Source: an uncultured Flavobacteriaceae bacterium (lineage in GTDB: Bacteria > Bacteroidota > Bacteroidia > Flavobacteriales > Flavobacteriaceae). From it: 64,000 nucleotides of DNA. The notes under the pieces are model-generated. The model had not been told where the DNA came from, did not search any database, and worked only from the letters and a program-made list of their open reading frames with translations. Below, piece by piece: positions 19,293 to 29,614 of the stretch (the first letter of the stretch is position 1; every line of letters starts with the position of its first letter). The position numbers and the translations under genes were made by a program. The stretch spans positions 16,980-80,979 of the forward strand of contig CAYSVQ010000070.1 in the NCBI GenBank assembly GCA_964434565.1, in the 5' to 3' direction.

Positions 19293-19356
19293 ATGTATAG
19301 CCTGATTATACAACCAGAACGGTATTAAAGTTAAAGTGATCAAATGTGTGGTCAGC

Positions 19357-19758
19357 CTATCGCCTGATGGCTGATTTACCGGCATCAGAAACGGTGGCCT
19401 TATCAACAGGAGTTCCTTCGTTGCCGGATACGTCTGCAATAGTTATTCTTTTAGCCCGTAAACCCTTTTGAATATAGCTAACCTTGTTTTCGTTCACTTC
19501 TACCGCCACCTCGCGATCTTCGTAGCCGGGATAGCTTATAAGCAGGGTGTATGAGCCAGGCACAATGCCATCTATCTCAAAGTTACCATGCAGATTGGTC
19601 TCCACTACAATATCCGTATCCTTCAGTAAAACGTTAGCAAACATCAGCGGTTCATTGTTCACTTCCTCATCAAGGATGGTACCCTTAAGGACACCCGATT
19701 CCTGTCCAATGAGAAGGGAAGAAAATAAAACCATAGTTAACGCAATAAAAATTTTCAT
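19357..19758 (-). CDS. Carboxypeptidase-regulatory-like (CarboxypepD_reg) domain protein, secreted
   Basis: 133 aa with a signal peptide. The segment GVLKGTILDEE...PLMFANVLLKDT...TNLHGNFEI..IVPGSYTLLISYPGYE matches the fold that caps the neighbouring receptor. Confidence 0.7.
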   Translation of the reverse strand: MKIFIALTMVLFSSLLIGQESGVLKGTILDEEVNNEPLMFANVLLKDTDIVVETNLHGNFEIDGIVPGSYTLLISYPGYEDREVAVEVNENKVSYIQKGLRAKRITIADVSGNEGTPVDKATVSDAGKSAIRR

Positions 19759-19953
19759 CTATGCCTGATTTTAGGGTGCAAAGAAAAGGGAGGATTGTAA
19801 ACTTAAAGTTACCTCAGGGTTATGATTTGAAATTCATTTAAAAACCCGCAAACGATTGGCCTATGAAATTGTGCACATTATCCATCTCCCTATCATAATA
19901 TATAAAGCCCTGGGATGGCCCGGGGCTTGTATGTATGTGGTATGTAAGCCTTG

Positions 19954-22773
19954 TTAAAATTCCAGGCTGTATCCCAGGGAAATAGACTGACCCGGATCCC
20001 GCAGGGAGTAGATCTGGTCGGTTGCCCGGAAAGACTGGTACACACTTTCGCGCTGGTCGTCAAGGATATTTGAGAAACGCAAGGTAATTTTAGAATTCCT
20101 GTCCTTCCCGAATTCCTTACCAACTGAAAGGGTGAGATTATGAAAGGGCAGCGTATACACATCCGGTACCGCCCTGATGCCCACCACTTCGAGGGTCTTG
20201 CCTTGTACGTTGTAGAAAAGGCTCGACTGCCAGCCATTGTCTTCCCCTTTGTAGTTGATACCGAGGTTGATCAGGAAGGGCGACTGCCCCTGCAATACCC
20301 GCGTATCCTCAATGGTTTCTCCCTGCCTGGCGGCCAGGGTCCTGGAATTGAACTCGGTTTCGCTCATATCTACTTTGGAATCAATGACGGAGAAATTCGC
20401 ATTAAGAGAAATATCCTTTAATCCGGCATCGATAAATTCAAGCCCCTGTCGTACTTCCAGTTCGGCACCCACCACCTGCGCAGATTCCACGTTCTGCGGT
20501 TGGAAGTTGTTTGGTGCCTGTTCAAAGGCAACCAATTCAATGGGGTCTGTAAAGGCCTTGTAAAAGGCACTCAGGGCAAAGAATTGGGAACTTTCCCCGT
20601 AATGTTCAAACCGAAGGTCGAAATTGTCGATATAGGTAGGTTCAATATCCAAGTTGCCAATAAAGATGCGATTAGTCAAGGGATCAAAAATCTCCGCGAT
20701 GGATGCTTCTTTGAAGGAAGGCCTGGCTGTAGTTCTTGAATAGGTTGCCCGGAATTTGGAACTTCCTTCATCATTCATATCATAAATCAGGTTAACGGAA
20801 GGAAAGAAATCCGCTGCGTCTATGATCTTTTCCTCATCGAGCACCAAATCTCCCAGGTTGTTTTGCCCGGTATAATACAATTCGAACTTTTCATACCGCA
20901 GGCCAAGGATGCTTTTTAAACGTCCGGAGAGCTGAAATTCCTCGGAAATATAACCGCCTGCCAGGGTGGAGTTTGCCTCAAAGGAGTTAGTGGGTTCAAA
21001 ATTTCCGGTAACATAGGTACCCGCATCCGTCTGCGGAGTCCAGATATTTTCCGGCAGCAGCAGGTTGTCTGCATTCCCGTCAATGGGTGTCGCAATATTC
21101 CCGCGCACGGTCAGGAAATACTGATCGATGCTGAAATCCCGCTCTTTAAAGGTATAGGCACCACCGAAGAGGAGCTTGGCATCTCTGCCAAAAAGCTTGT
21201 GTTTTCGGGTCAGGTCCAGCTTTCCCGCGAGATTAATTTCCTCAAGATCCCTCCAGATTCGGGTAGGGGGGCCAAAACTGCTGGGACGGATAATCAGGTC
21301 CCCAGTATCACTAATTTCAAAAGAGGTAAAGCGAACATCCTTATCTTCAATCAGGGATAAGGTAGGGGATAGCCGCCATTCATAGGTCCATGAGGCATCT
21401 TCATTGGTATGGGTGCCCCCAAGGAAGGCGTTGGTTATCGAACTCTGGGTATATTCAATATTGTCCCGTACGCCACGAACCTCATCAAAAAGCAAAGAGG
21501 CTACATCAAAAAAGGCATTCCTCGATTCCCCGTTCTGGATATGCAGCACGTTAAATTTATATTTGGATTTTGTGGTTTTTAAGCCAACCCCGCCCAGGGC
21601 GCTGATGAGTACATTGTTCAACCCGATGTTGCCGCTTTGTAGTCTGTCGGGTTCCAGATCATAAATACTGTTATCGGAACGGGTTTTAAACCAGAAATTG
21701 TTTTCAGCCTCTTCATAGAACTCCGTATTATTCCGGTAACTGAGGGAGGCGAGGAAGCCGAGGCGGCCTTCGCTGCCTACGTTATATTGGTTGCCAGCTG
21801 TGATTCCAAAATTATAATCCATAAAACTCTGCTCCTGCTTTACCGCCATTTCGGGTTGCAGGCGCTGAGTTAAGGTGGTAAGCACACTGCTGCCGGCAGA
21901 AGGAGGGGGGATGTTTTGAAGCCTGGCGATGGGCAGGTTGCGTTGCCCGTCATCAAAGCCTAGCATATCGGTTGCACTGTTTTCGGACGACAGGTAGTCA
22001 TCATTAAAATGCATGGAGGAGTTGTAGGAGACTCCTGCAGAAACACTGAATTCCTGCCTGGTGGGGATGTCTTTGGTTATAATATCCACATAACCCCCGG
22101 TAAAATCAGCTGAAGCTTCCGGAGTGAACGATTTAACCACTTGTATATTATCGAGTATGGTAGTGGGAAACAGGTCGAGCTGCAGGGTATTCCTGTCAGG
22201 ATCAAGTCCGGGCACATCCATGCCATTGAGGGTTGTTTTGGTATACCGGTCGCCAAGGCCCCGTACATACACGTATTTTCCTCCCTGTACGGATACTCCG
22301 GGTACTGCCTTTACAGCAGCGGCAATATCATTTGCCCCGGTGTTCCTGATACTTTGCAGGGAAAGCCCGTCCAATAATTTTACGGATGCCCTTTGGAGCT
22401 GTAGCACGGCGGCTTCGGTGTTTTTAGTAACCGTAGTGGTTACCACTACTTCGTCCAGGGCGTTGGCCAGGACATTTAAGGTTACATCTACAATTGCATA
22501 CGCATTGTTCATAACTTCAATCCCGGTAATTTCCTTGGTTTCATAGCCCAGATAGGAAAATACTACCGTATAGGTACCCGGTTCCATTTCAAACTCATAT
22601 TTACCATCAAAATCAGTGGTGGTCCCTTTGGTGGTCCCTTTCACCACAACATTGGCAAAAGGCAATACATCATTCGCTTCCCCGTCATACAAGGTGCCGG
22701 AAATGCCGCTTTGGGCATGGGTAAGACCGCTTATGAAAAGAAAGGTTATTAAAGGCAATAAATTTTTTATCAT
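19954..22773 (-). CDS. TonB-dependent receptor with N-terminal CarboxypepD_reg domain
   Basis: 939 aa. It has a signal peptide, then GTLYDGEANDVLPFANVVVKGT, plug motifs (VVVTT, RGLGDRYTKTTLNG) and a C-terminal beta-barrel ending in F. Confidence 0.9.
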   Translation of the reverse strand: MIKNLLPLITFLFISGLTHAQSGISGTLYDGEANDVLPFANVVVKGTTKGTTTDFDGKYEFEMEPGTYTVVFSYLGYETKEITGIEVMNNAYAIVDVTLNVLANALDEVVVTTTVTKNTEAAVLQLQRASVKLLDGLSLQSIRNTGANDIAAAVKAVPGVSVQGGKYVYVRGLGDRYTKTTLNGMDVPGLDPDRNTLQLDLFPTTILDNIQVVKSFTPEASADFTGGYVDIITKDIPTRQEFSVSAGVSYNSSMHFNDDYLSSENSATDMLGFDDGQRNLPIARLQNIPPPSAGSSVLTTLTQRLQPEMAVKQEQSFMDYNFGITAGNQYNVGSEGRLGFLASLSYRNNTEFYEEAENNFWFKTRSDNSIYDLEPDRLQSGNIGLNNVLISALGGVGLKTTKSKYKFNVLHIQNGESRNAFFDVASLLFDEVRGVRDNIEYTQSSITNAFLGGTHTNEDASWTYEWRLSPTLSLIEDKDVRFTSFEISDTGDLIIRPSSFGPPTRIWRDLEEINLAGKLDLTRKHKLFGRDAKLLFGGAYTFKERDFSIDQYFLTVRGNIATPIDGNADNLLLPENIWTPQTDAGTYVTGNFEPTNSFEANSTLAGGYISEEFQLSGRLKSILGLRYEKFELYYTGQNNLGDLVLDEEKIIDAADFFPSVNLIYDMNDEGSSKFRATYSRTTARPSFKEASIAEIFDPLTNRIFIGNLDIEPTYIDNFDLRFEHYGESSQFFALSAFYKAFTDPIELVAFEQAPNNFQPQNVESAQVVGAELEVRQGLEFIDAGLKDISLNANFSVIDSKVDMSETEFNSRTLAARQGETIEDTRVLQGQSPFLINLGINYKGEDNGWQSSLFYNVQGKTLEVVGIRAVPDVYTLPFHNLTLSVGKEFGKDRNSKITLRFSNILDDQRESVYQSFRATDQIYSLRDPGQSISLGYSLEF

Positions 22774-22798
22774 GTTGTTTACGTATAAATTGCAATAA

Positions 22799-22826
22799 AT
22801 GCCCGCCCGATAATTCGGGCGGGCAT
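22799..22826 (-). other. Strong GC-rich hairpin between the lipoprotein gene and the receptor gene
   Basis: ATGCCCGCCCGA (22799..22810) and TCGGGCGGGCAT (22815..22826) form a 12-bp perfect stem with loop TAAT. It could be an intra-operon attenuator, processing site or stabiliser, or a terminator. Confidence 0.7.
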
Positions 22827-22851
22827 TCTTTATAATAGTATCTGTTACAGA

Positions 22852-24258
22852 TTAGAATCCAAGGCTGGCTTTCGCATTGGCGTAGGTCCACGCAAAGGCA
22901 GAGGTGTCAGCACCAACGGTTTGCGAACCGGCTTCTACAGCAGTTGCCCAGGTTGAAGCGTCGGCAACAAAATCAGTTGGAACGGTTACCCCTTCCAGGA
23001 TATGCATATCATTAACCGTTGCAACACCATCAGGCAGAGCTATTTCCCAGTTGGAGAAAGTCAGGGTACCGCCATTATAGGTTCCGGCAGACTCATCGCC
23101 ATTCAATCGAACAGTGGAAGATGAAAGGAACCCGGTAACATAGACATTGCTTATATCAGCCTGCAGGCCATCCCTGTAATCCGCGACACGTCTGGAACCG
23201 GCTCCGGTACCAGTTTCAGTGTTGCCAATCAGGGTAACGTTGCTTATGGTATAGCCGCCGAGCGTGCTGCCTTCGGGACCATCCAATTCCATGGCACTGT
23301 CTGAGCGGATGCCCTGTATCACCATAGCATTGTCAATGGATCCGGTCCAGGCCTGGTCAAAGTCAAGACCATCATCGCCCCCAGCCCAAACAAAGACATT
23401 GGTCACATTTACGCTACCACCGAAAATCTCGATCCCGTCATCTTCGTTGCCAACAATTTCAATATTGTCTACAGTAGTTCCGGTTCCAACCCCACCCATG
23501 GTTAAGCCATTGATTTCGTTTCCTTCACCAATAATGGCACCACCATGTCGGATGGAGATATAGGCCAAATCTCCTGAGTCATCGGCAGGATCATTTCCGC
23601 CATAAAGACCGAAAGCATCACTGGCGGGAATACCTTCAATTTGCGTTTCGGTAACATCACCGGATAATGAGGCAGGGGCGTTCCCCAGTACAAGGACACC
23701 ACCCCAAAGGCCGTTATCCATTTCGTCCAGGTTTGTACCGGCCGTCTGGCCAACCTGAATGTTATCCTGTTCCGAGGTAAAGATAATAGGGCGTTCTGCC
23801 GTACCAACAGCATTGATGGATGCTCCCCTTTGAACAATAAGTGCGGAGGCAAGGGAACCAATACCCGCTTTTCCTTTTATAATGGTGCCGGGCTCGATGG
23901 TAAGGGTAACACCTACACCTACAACAACCTTTCCGCCCAATAAATAAATATTGTTTCTGGACCAGGTGGTATCTTCAGTTAATTCGCCGGTTACGGTTAT
24001 TTCCCCGGCGCAGGAACCGCCGAAATCTATTTCAACTTCATCCCCGTTCAGGATGCCGTCACTACATGTCGCGATAGGCTCAGGGCAGGCACTGCAATTA
24101 GGGCCACCACAGTCTACGGCGGTTTCCCCGTTGTTCAGGATGCCATCACTACAGGTGGCTACGGGATCATCCACAATAGTGGGGCCGCCATCGTCACTGC
24201 TGCATGAACTGAAGGTGAGCGCCACAATAGCCATTAAGGATAAGAGCAATTTTTTCAT
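22852..24258 (-). CDS. Surface lipoprotein with tandem Cys-rich modules and a beta-helix-like body (function unknown)
   Basis: The track start at 24339 is unlikely. The ATG at 24258 gives MKKLLLSLMAIVALTFSSCSSDDGG, a lipobox. Two modules follow, ATCSDGILNNGETAVDCGGPNCSAC and ATCSDGILNGDEVEIDFGGSCAG. After them come G/N/T-rich repeats (TLTIEPGTIIKG, PIIFTS) of the kind seen in parallel beta-helix proteins. Confidence 0.7.
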   Translation of the reverse strand: MKKLLLSLMAIVALTFSSCSSDDGGPTIVDDPVATCSDGILNNGETAVDCGGPNCSACPEPIATCSDGILNGDEVEIDFGGSCAGEITVTGELTEDTTWSRNNIYLLGGKVVVGVGVTLTIEPGTIIKGKAGIGSLASALIVQRGASINAVGTAERPIIFTSEQDNIQVGQTAGTNLDEMDNGLWGGVLVLGNAPASLSGDVTETQIEGIPASDAFGLYGGNDPADDSGDLAYISIRHGGAIIGEGNEINGLTMGGVGTGTTVDNIEIVGNEDDGIEIFGGSVNVTNVFVWAGGDDGLDFDQAWTGSIDNAMVIQGIRSDSAMELDGPEGSTLGGYTISNVTLIGNTETGTGAGSRRVADYRDGLQADISNVYVTGFLSSSTVRLNGDESAGTYNGGTLTFSNWEIALPDGVATVNDMHILEGVTVPTDFVADASTWATAVEAGSQTVGADTSAFAWTYANAKASLGF

Positions 24259-24486
24259 TGTAATCATTTTTATAGGTTCTTTCATAATTTTGTCGGCCAG
24301 ATTGCCGGTTCTAAATTCTTTGCAAATAAATGGGGGCAAGGTAAAAGTCAGGTTAGCTGTATATTAAATCCATATTGCATTAGAGTTAGTTAAATGTTAT
24401 GATGTTAACATAGTGTTAGGAAAAGTACAAGCGCCGCCCTACAGGACGGGAAAAAGGCCGTATTTTGCGGCTTAATTCAGGAAGGC

Positions 24487-25830
24487 ATGCTTTGGGAACA
24501 GCTTTTATCATTAAGGAGGCAGGGAGATACAATTAAAAGGGCGCGAAGGGAACAGGACGAGTCGCGCCTGGGTTTTGAAGTGGATTATGACCGCGTTATC
24601 TTCTCTTCCGCTTTCCGGAGCCTGCAGGATAAAACCCAGGTAATCCCTTTATCTAAGACTGATTTTGTGCATACCCGCCTCACCCACAGCCTGGAAGTTT
24701 CCGTAGTGGGCCGCAGCCTGGGCCGGATAGCCGGGCAACAGCTGATAGAGAAGCACCCACAGTTAAAAGAAACGTATGGCCACTTCTTTGGTGATTTCGG
24801 GGCGATAGTGGCAGCCGCATGCCTTGCCCACGATATAGGCAATCCCCCTTTTGGCCATAGCGGGGAAAAAGCAATAGGTGAATTTTTCAGGAACGGGGCA
24901 GGACAGGAGTACCGGGCATCCCTTACCTCTGAACAATATCAGGACCTTGCCGATTTTGAAGGAAATGCCAACGGTTTCCGGTTACTCACTGCCAGCCGGG
25001 AAGGGGTCCCCGGCGGACTTCGGCTGAGTTATGCTACCCTGGGGGCATTTACCAAATACCCGAAGGAATCCTTGCCCAAAAAACCCAGCCCGCATATTGC
25101 AGATAAGAAATTCGGATTCTTCCAGGCCGACCGGCTTTTTTTTGAAGAAGTAGCAGGGGAACTGGGACTCGAAACAAGGGGGCACGGTCCCAATCTTTCA
25201 TATTCCAGGCATCCGCTCACCTACCTGGTGGAAGCTGCGGATGATATTTGCTATACTATTATCGATTTTGAGGACGGGATCAACCTGGGCCTGATCCAGG
25301 AAGATTATGCCCTGGAATACCTTATAAAGCTGGTAAAAGACACCCTCAATACCAAAAAATACCATGGAATGGCCCTGCGAAGCGACCGGCTCAGTTATCT
25401 CCGGGCGCTGGCTATTAATACGCTTATTACCGATGCGGCGGAAACCTTCATAAAGCATGAAAACGATATACTGCAAGGCCGGTTCGAAGTTTCCCTGATG
25501 GATAAAAGTCAGTTTTCGGCACAAATAAAGGACATTATCAGTATAAGTATTGAGAAGATCTACCGTTCTTCTGAAGTCCTGGAAAAAGAGATCGCAGGCT
25601 ATAAGATCATTGCAGACCTGCTGGAGGTGTATACAGGGGCACTGGTAAGGTATAGCGAAGGAAAAGCAGGAAATTATGACAGGCTCATGATCAACACCCT
25701 CCCCCAGCATTACCGGGATGTCAACCGCTCCATGTACGAAATCCTTCTGAACACCAGTTGCTATGTGGCCAGCTTGTCTGACGGGGCGGCCGTAAACATG
25801 CATAACAAGATTACCGGCAAATTACTTTGA
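24487..25830 (+). CDS. dgt: dGTP triphosphohydrolase-like HD-domain protein
   Basis: 447 aa with FRSLQDKTQV, TRLTHSLEV and HDIGNPPFGH (HD motif). Confidence 0.88.
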   Translation: MLWEQLLSLRRQGDTIKRARREQDESRLGFEVDYDRVIFSSAFRSLQDKTQVIPLSKTDFVHTRLTHSLEVSVVGRSLGRIAGQQLIEKHPQLKETYGHFFGDFGAIVAAACLAHDIGNPPFGHSGEKAIGEFFRNGAGQEYRASLTSEQYQDLADFEGNANGFRLLTASREGVPGGLRLSYATLGAFTKYPKESLPKKPSPHIADKKFGFFQADRLFFEEVAGELGLETRGHGPNLSYSRHPLTYLVEAADDICYTIIDFEDGINLGLIQEDYALEYLIKLVKDTLNTKKYHGMALRSDRLSYLRALAINTLITDAAETFIKHENDILQGRFEVSLMDKSQFSAQIKDIISISIEKIYRSSEVLEKEIAGYKIIADLLEVYTGALVRYSEGKAGNYDRLMINTLPQHYRDVNRSMYEILLNTSCYVASLSDGAAVNMHNKITGKLL

Positions 25831-25843
25831 ATTAGCCAACTCC

Positions 25844-26941
25844 CTAAAAATTATAGGCAAGGCCAACAGTCAGCATCTGTTTTAACTGAACCCTTGGGAC
25901 CCCGGAATCGATAATATTCCCGTCTTCATCTTCAAGCACATCGAACCGCACATCGTCGTCATAGATCAGGTGGGTGCCTATAGTGGCATTTACAAAGTCG
26001 TTTACCGTGAGGTTTATAGCCAATTCCCAGTCCACATCTATATTGCCAAAATCACGCAGGTAATCCGTATAGAAGCTAACCCTGTGATCGATGGCGATAT
26101 TTTTAACAATAGGGGTTTTCCAGGTATTCGTGACAAGGAATCCCAAAGAAGTAAGCAAATTTTTCCCCTCCTCCACAATATTTCCGTTTTCATCCCGCAC
26201 CGCTCTTTCCACCCCAAATGCCCCGTTATTGGCCAGTACCTGGTCCAGAACAAAGGTCGACCGGTGGGTCAGGGGAGACAGGTATAGATTTAAACGGCCG
26301 CCTTCGGAGATATATGAGGCCCCTGCACCAAGGAAAAGGTAGCCGGGGGCCATAAAGCGCGAAATGGGGGTGCTGCGGTCCGGGTATTTAAAACCGTCCG
26401 CGAATTGCGTATTAAAACTTGCCTTCACAGAATGATACCAATTGCTGATGGTGTCCTGCCTGTAGCCGAAAGTGGAGATGATCCGTATCGCATCATCGGT
26501 TTTCCTCCATTGGCGGCCTTCCTGGGCATTCCATCCAAACCGCATTTCTAGGTCGTTCTGCCAGGAAATATACCGGAATTTATAATTCCGCATGAATTTG
26601 ATCCTGCCGATGGCTGTGATGGCGTTATCCCCGCCGGCATTCCAGTTTACGAAGGCGACCTCACTTAAATTAAGGCCCAGCAGGTTCTGCTTTTCCCAGA
26701 ATGACGGAATCCTGAAACGTTTAAATGGCTCAGACAGCGGTTTGGTTCGTTTAAAGGAAATTACGGGGTTGGTAAGGCTCACACCTCCCCTGGGGATATT
26801 GCGAATTTTAGTCTGGGGCGACCGGATGACTATGGTATCTTCAAGGATGCTGTCTGTGGGGGTAAGTGGGGGAATACTGTCCTGGGCACTTGCGGGTTTT
26901 GCAACTATAAAGGCAAACCCTAGAAAAATAAGCCAGGGCAT
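25844..26941 (-). CDS. DUF3078-like outer-membrane beta-barrel protein
   Basis: The ATG at 26941 (MPWLIFLGFAFIVAKPASAQ) avoids overlap with dxs. The sequence shows an alternating beta-strand pattern and ends in aromatic YNF. The DUF3078 assignment is from memory of this family. Confidence 0.6.
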   Translation of the reverse strand: MPWLIFLGFAFIVAKPASAQDSIPPLTPTDSILEDTIVIRSPQTKIRNIPRGGVSLTNPVISFKRTKPLSEPFKRFRIPSFWEKQNLLGLNLSEVAFVNWNAGGDNAITAIGRIKFMRNYKFRYISWQNDLEMRFGWNAQEGRQWRKTDDAIRIISTFGYRQDTISNWYHSVKASFNTQFADGFKYPDRSTPISRFMAPGYLFLGAGASYISEGGRLNLYLSPLTHRSTFVLDQVLANNGAFGVERAVRDENGNIVEEGKNLLTSLGFLVTNTWKTPIVKNIAIDHRVSFYTDYLRDFGNIDVDWELAINLTVNDFVNATIGTHLIYDDDVRFDVLEDEDGNIIDSGVPRVQLKQMLTVGLAYNF

Positions 26942-26948
26942 TCTTTTA

Positions 26949-28718
26949 TTAAGCATGAAGTATGGTATTAATGTGTTTTCTGATTGCCGCGGCATCAATT
27001 CCGGCCCGGGAATGCAATTCTTCTACTGTTCCGTGTTCAAGGAAACTGTCGGGCACCCCCAGGATTTTTATAGGTTGCCTGTATCCTTTATCATTGGCGA
27101 ATTCCAGGACCGCACTGCCAAATCCTCCCGATATGCAGCCATCCTCCACCGTAATGACATGTTCATAATGCTCAAAAACCGCCTTAAGTAGTTTTTCATC
27201 CAGAGGTTTGGCAAACCGCATGTTGTAGTGGCCTATGGTTTCAGGCTGCCCCAATTCTTTAAGGATGCCGGTCACCACATTACCTACCGGCCCAAGGGTA
27301 AGAAAGGCAAGGCGGGAACCCTTCTGCAACTCCTCCGCAACGCCGGTTTCTATTTTTTGGAAGGGGAGCCTCCATTCCGCCTTCACTCCTCTGCCCCGAG
27401 GGTACCTGATCACCAGGGGTGAGGATGACCCCAATTGGGCAGTGTACATCATATTGCGGAGTTCCACCTCATTCATGGGCGCAAATATAATAAGGTTGGG
27501 GATACACCGAAGAAATGCCAGGTCGAAAACCCCGTGGTGAGTAGGGCCATCCTGCCCTACGATACCTGCCCGGTCAAGGCAAAACACCACGGGCAGGTTT
27601 TGCAGGGCAACATCGTGGATAAGCTGGTCGTACCCCCTTTGCAGGAAGGTAGAATAGATATTGCAAAAGGGGATTAGCCCCTCTGCAGCCATCCCGGCAG
27701 CCATGGTTACCGCATGCTGTTCGGCTATGCCCACATCGAATGCCCTTCCCGGAAGGGCTTCCATCATATATTTAAGGGAACTCCCCGTAGGCATGGCTGG
27801 GGTAATACCCACTATCTTTTCATTTTGGCGGGCAAGTTCAAGGATGGTGAGCCCAAAAACATCCTGGTATTTGGGCGGGGCTGTGGGGTCGGATACTGTA
27901 AGCAGATCGCCGGTTTGTTTGTCGAACTTCCCCGGGGCATGGTAGGTTACCTGTTGTTCTTCGGCACTTTTCAGCCCTTTTCCTTTAGTGGTAATCAGGT
28001 GCAATAGCCTTGGCCCTGGAATGGTCTTCAGTCGCTGGAGTTCGGCGATCAGCACCGGGAGGTCGTGCCCGTCAACAGGGCCCGAATAATTAAAATTCAG
28101 GCATTCGAACAGGTTTTCCTCCTTGGCGGTACCTTTTTTTACGTTGGTAAGATACTTCTTGAGGGCCCCTACACTCGGATCAATTCCGATAGCATTATCG
28201 TTAAGGATAAGAAGCAGGTTGGCATTGGTGTCGCCGGCATGGTTAAGTGCTTCAAAGGCCATTCCGGAGGCAATGGAGGCATCCCCTATTACCGCGATAT
28301 GCTGGCGGTTGAGGTTGCCCTGTAACGCAGCGGCCAGGGCCATGCCAAGTAATGCAGAAATGGAAGTGGAACTGTGCCCGGTGCCAAAGGCATCGTATGG
28401 GCTTTCGTCGCGCCTGGGAAATCCACTGATCCCGCCTTGCTGCCTGATACCGGGGAATGCTTCCCTGCGGCCGGTGAGGATTTTATGGCCATACGCCTGG
28501 TGGCCAACATCCCAAATAAGGCGGTCATCGGGCGTGTTGAATACATAGTGCAGGGCAATGGTCAGTTCCACAACCCCGAGGCTCGCGCCGAGGTGACCTT
28601 CCTTGGTAGAAACCACCTCAATGATGCATTCCCTTAATTCACGGGCAAGCCCCGGAAGATCGGAAAGGGGGAGGCGGCGTAACGCATCGGGGCTGTCTAT
28701 ATGTTCCATCACCGTCAT
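26949..28718 (-). CDS. dxs: 1-deoxy-D-xylulose-5-phosphate synthase
   Basis: Motifs GHLGASLG, GHQAY.HK and GDG(S)..GMA.EALN are present, along with transketolase-like domains. The track start at 28730 is a TTG, and ATG candidates lie at 28718 and 28709. Confidence 0.93.
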   Translation of the reverse strand: MTVMEHIDSPDALRRLPLSDLPGLARELRECIIEVVSTKEGHLGASLGVVELTIALHYVFNTPDDRLIWDVGHQAYGHKILTGRREAFPGIRQQGGISGFPRRDESPYDAFGTGHSSTSISALLGMALAAALQGNLNRQHIAVIGDASIASGMAFEALNHAGDTNANLLLILNDNAIGIDPSVGALKKYLTNVKKGTAKEENLFECLNFNYSGPVDGHDLPVLIAELQRLKTIPGPRLLHLITTKGKGLKSAEEQQVTYHAPGKFDKQTGDLLTVSDPTAPPKYQDVFGLTILELARQNEKIVGITPAMPTGSSLKYMMEALPGRAFDVGIAEQHAVTMAAGMAAEGLIPFCNIYSTFLQRGYDQLIHDVALQNLPVVFCLDRAGIVGQDGPTHHGVFDLAFLRCIPNLIIFAPMNEVELRNMMYTAQLGSSSPLVIRYPRGRGVKAEWRLPFQKIETGVAEELQKGSRLAFLTLGPVGNVVTGILKELGQPETIGHYNMRFAKPLDEKLLKAVFEHYEHVITVEDGCISGGFGSAVLEFANDKGYRQPIKILGVPDSFLEHGTVEELHSRAGIDAAAIRKHINTILHA

Positions 28719-28792
28719 AACAGGCGTCAAAGGTACGTTAAATTCATTTTTAGCGCTCCGTGGATTAGTTCATAAATAGTATTTTTGGAAAC

Positions 28793-29242
28793 ATGGAGTT
28801 TATACTGGACGACAGCTATTTTATGAAACGGGCGCTGCAGGAGGCCGTTTCCGCATACGAAAAAGGCGAGGTGCCGGTAGGTGCTGTAATTGTTGCCGAT
28901 CAGCGGATCATAGCCAGGGCACATAACCTTACCGAACAACTCACAGACGTAACAGCCCATGCAGAAATGCAGGCCATTACGGCGGCGGCGAATTTCCTCG
29001 GAGGGAAATACCTGCACCATTGTACCCTCTATGTAACCCTGGAACCCTGCCAGATGTGCGCCGGCGCGCTCTACTGGAGCCAGTTGCCCAGGCTGGTTTT
29101 CGCGGCCTACGACCCCCAGCGGGGGTTTTCAGCTCTTGGCACCCAGCTTCACCCCCGTACGGAAATTAAGGGAGGGCTGATGGAAGCCGAGGCTTCAGAC
29201 CTGCTGAAACGGTTTTTTGTCCAGAAGCGCAACCTGAACTGA
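28793..29242 (+). CDS. tadA: tRNA-specific adenosine deaminase
   Basis: 149 aa with the CDA zinc motifs HAEMQAI and PCQMCAGA. Confidence 0.88.
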   Translation: MEFILDDSYFMKRALQEAVSAYEKGEVPVGAVIVADQRIIARAHNLTEQLTDVTAHAEMQAITAAANFLGGKYLHHCTLYVTLEPCQMCAGALYWSQLPRLVFAAYDPQRGFSALGTQLHPRTEIKGGLMEAEASDLLKRFFVQKRNLN

Positions 29243-29281
29243 TAACCTGCCAGGGCAAGCCTTTCAAATCCTCAATAAAAA

Positions 29282-29305
29282 AACCCTGATAACAATGTCA
29301 GGGTT
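29282..29305. terminator. Bidirectional terminator hairpin
   Basis: AACCCTGA-N8-TCAGGGTT is flanked by an A-run on the left, between the convergent tadA and csp genes. Confidence 0.65.
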
Positions 29306-29330
29306 CGATCTAATCAAAATAAAATAGTAG

Positions 29331-29525
29331 TTATCCGATTACCTTCACTTTAGAGGCAACCACTCCTTTTCTTCCTTCTTCTTCCTGGTATTCTACTTTG
29401 TCTCCTTCGTTCAGCTCCACCCCGTTAATTGCAGTGGCGTGAACAAAAATGTCTTTTCCGGTGTCGTCGTTGGTAATGAAGCCGTATCCTTTGGATTCAT
29501 TGAAAAATTTTACAGTTCCAGTCAT
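29331..29525 (-). CDS. Cold-shock protein (CspA family)
   Basis: 64 aa, GTVKFFNESKGYGFI...DIFVH, carrying the RNP1 and RNP2 motifs. Confidence 0.93.
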   Translation of the reverse strand: MTGTVKFFNESKGYGFITNDDTGKDIFVHATAINGVELNEGDKVEYQEEEGRKGVVASKVKVIG

Positions 29526-29614
29526 TAATTGATAAATTAAATAAAGAATATTTTAACACTAAAATATGATTTTTTGCGCATATGAAAATGAAGAGAAGAT
29601 AAAAAACAGGAAAA

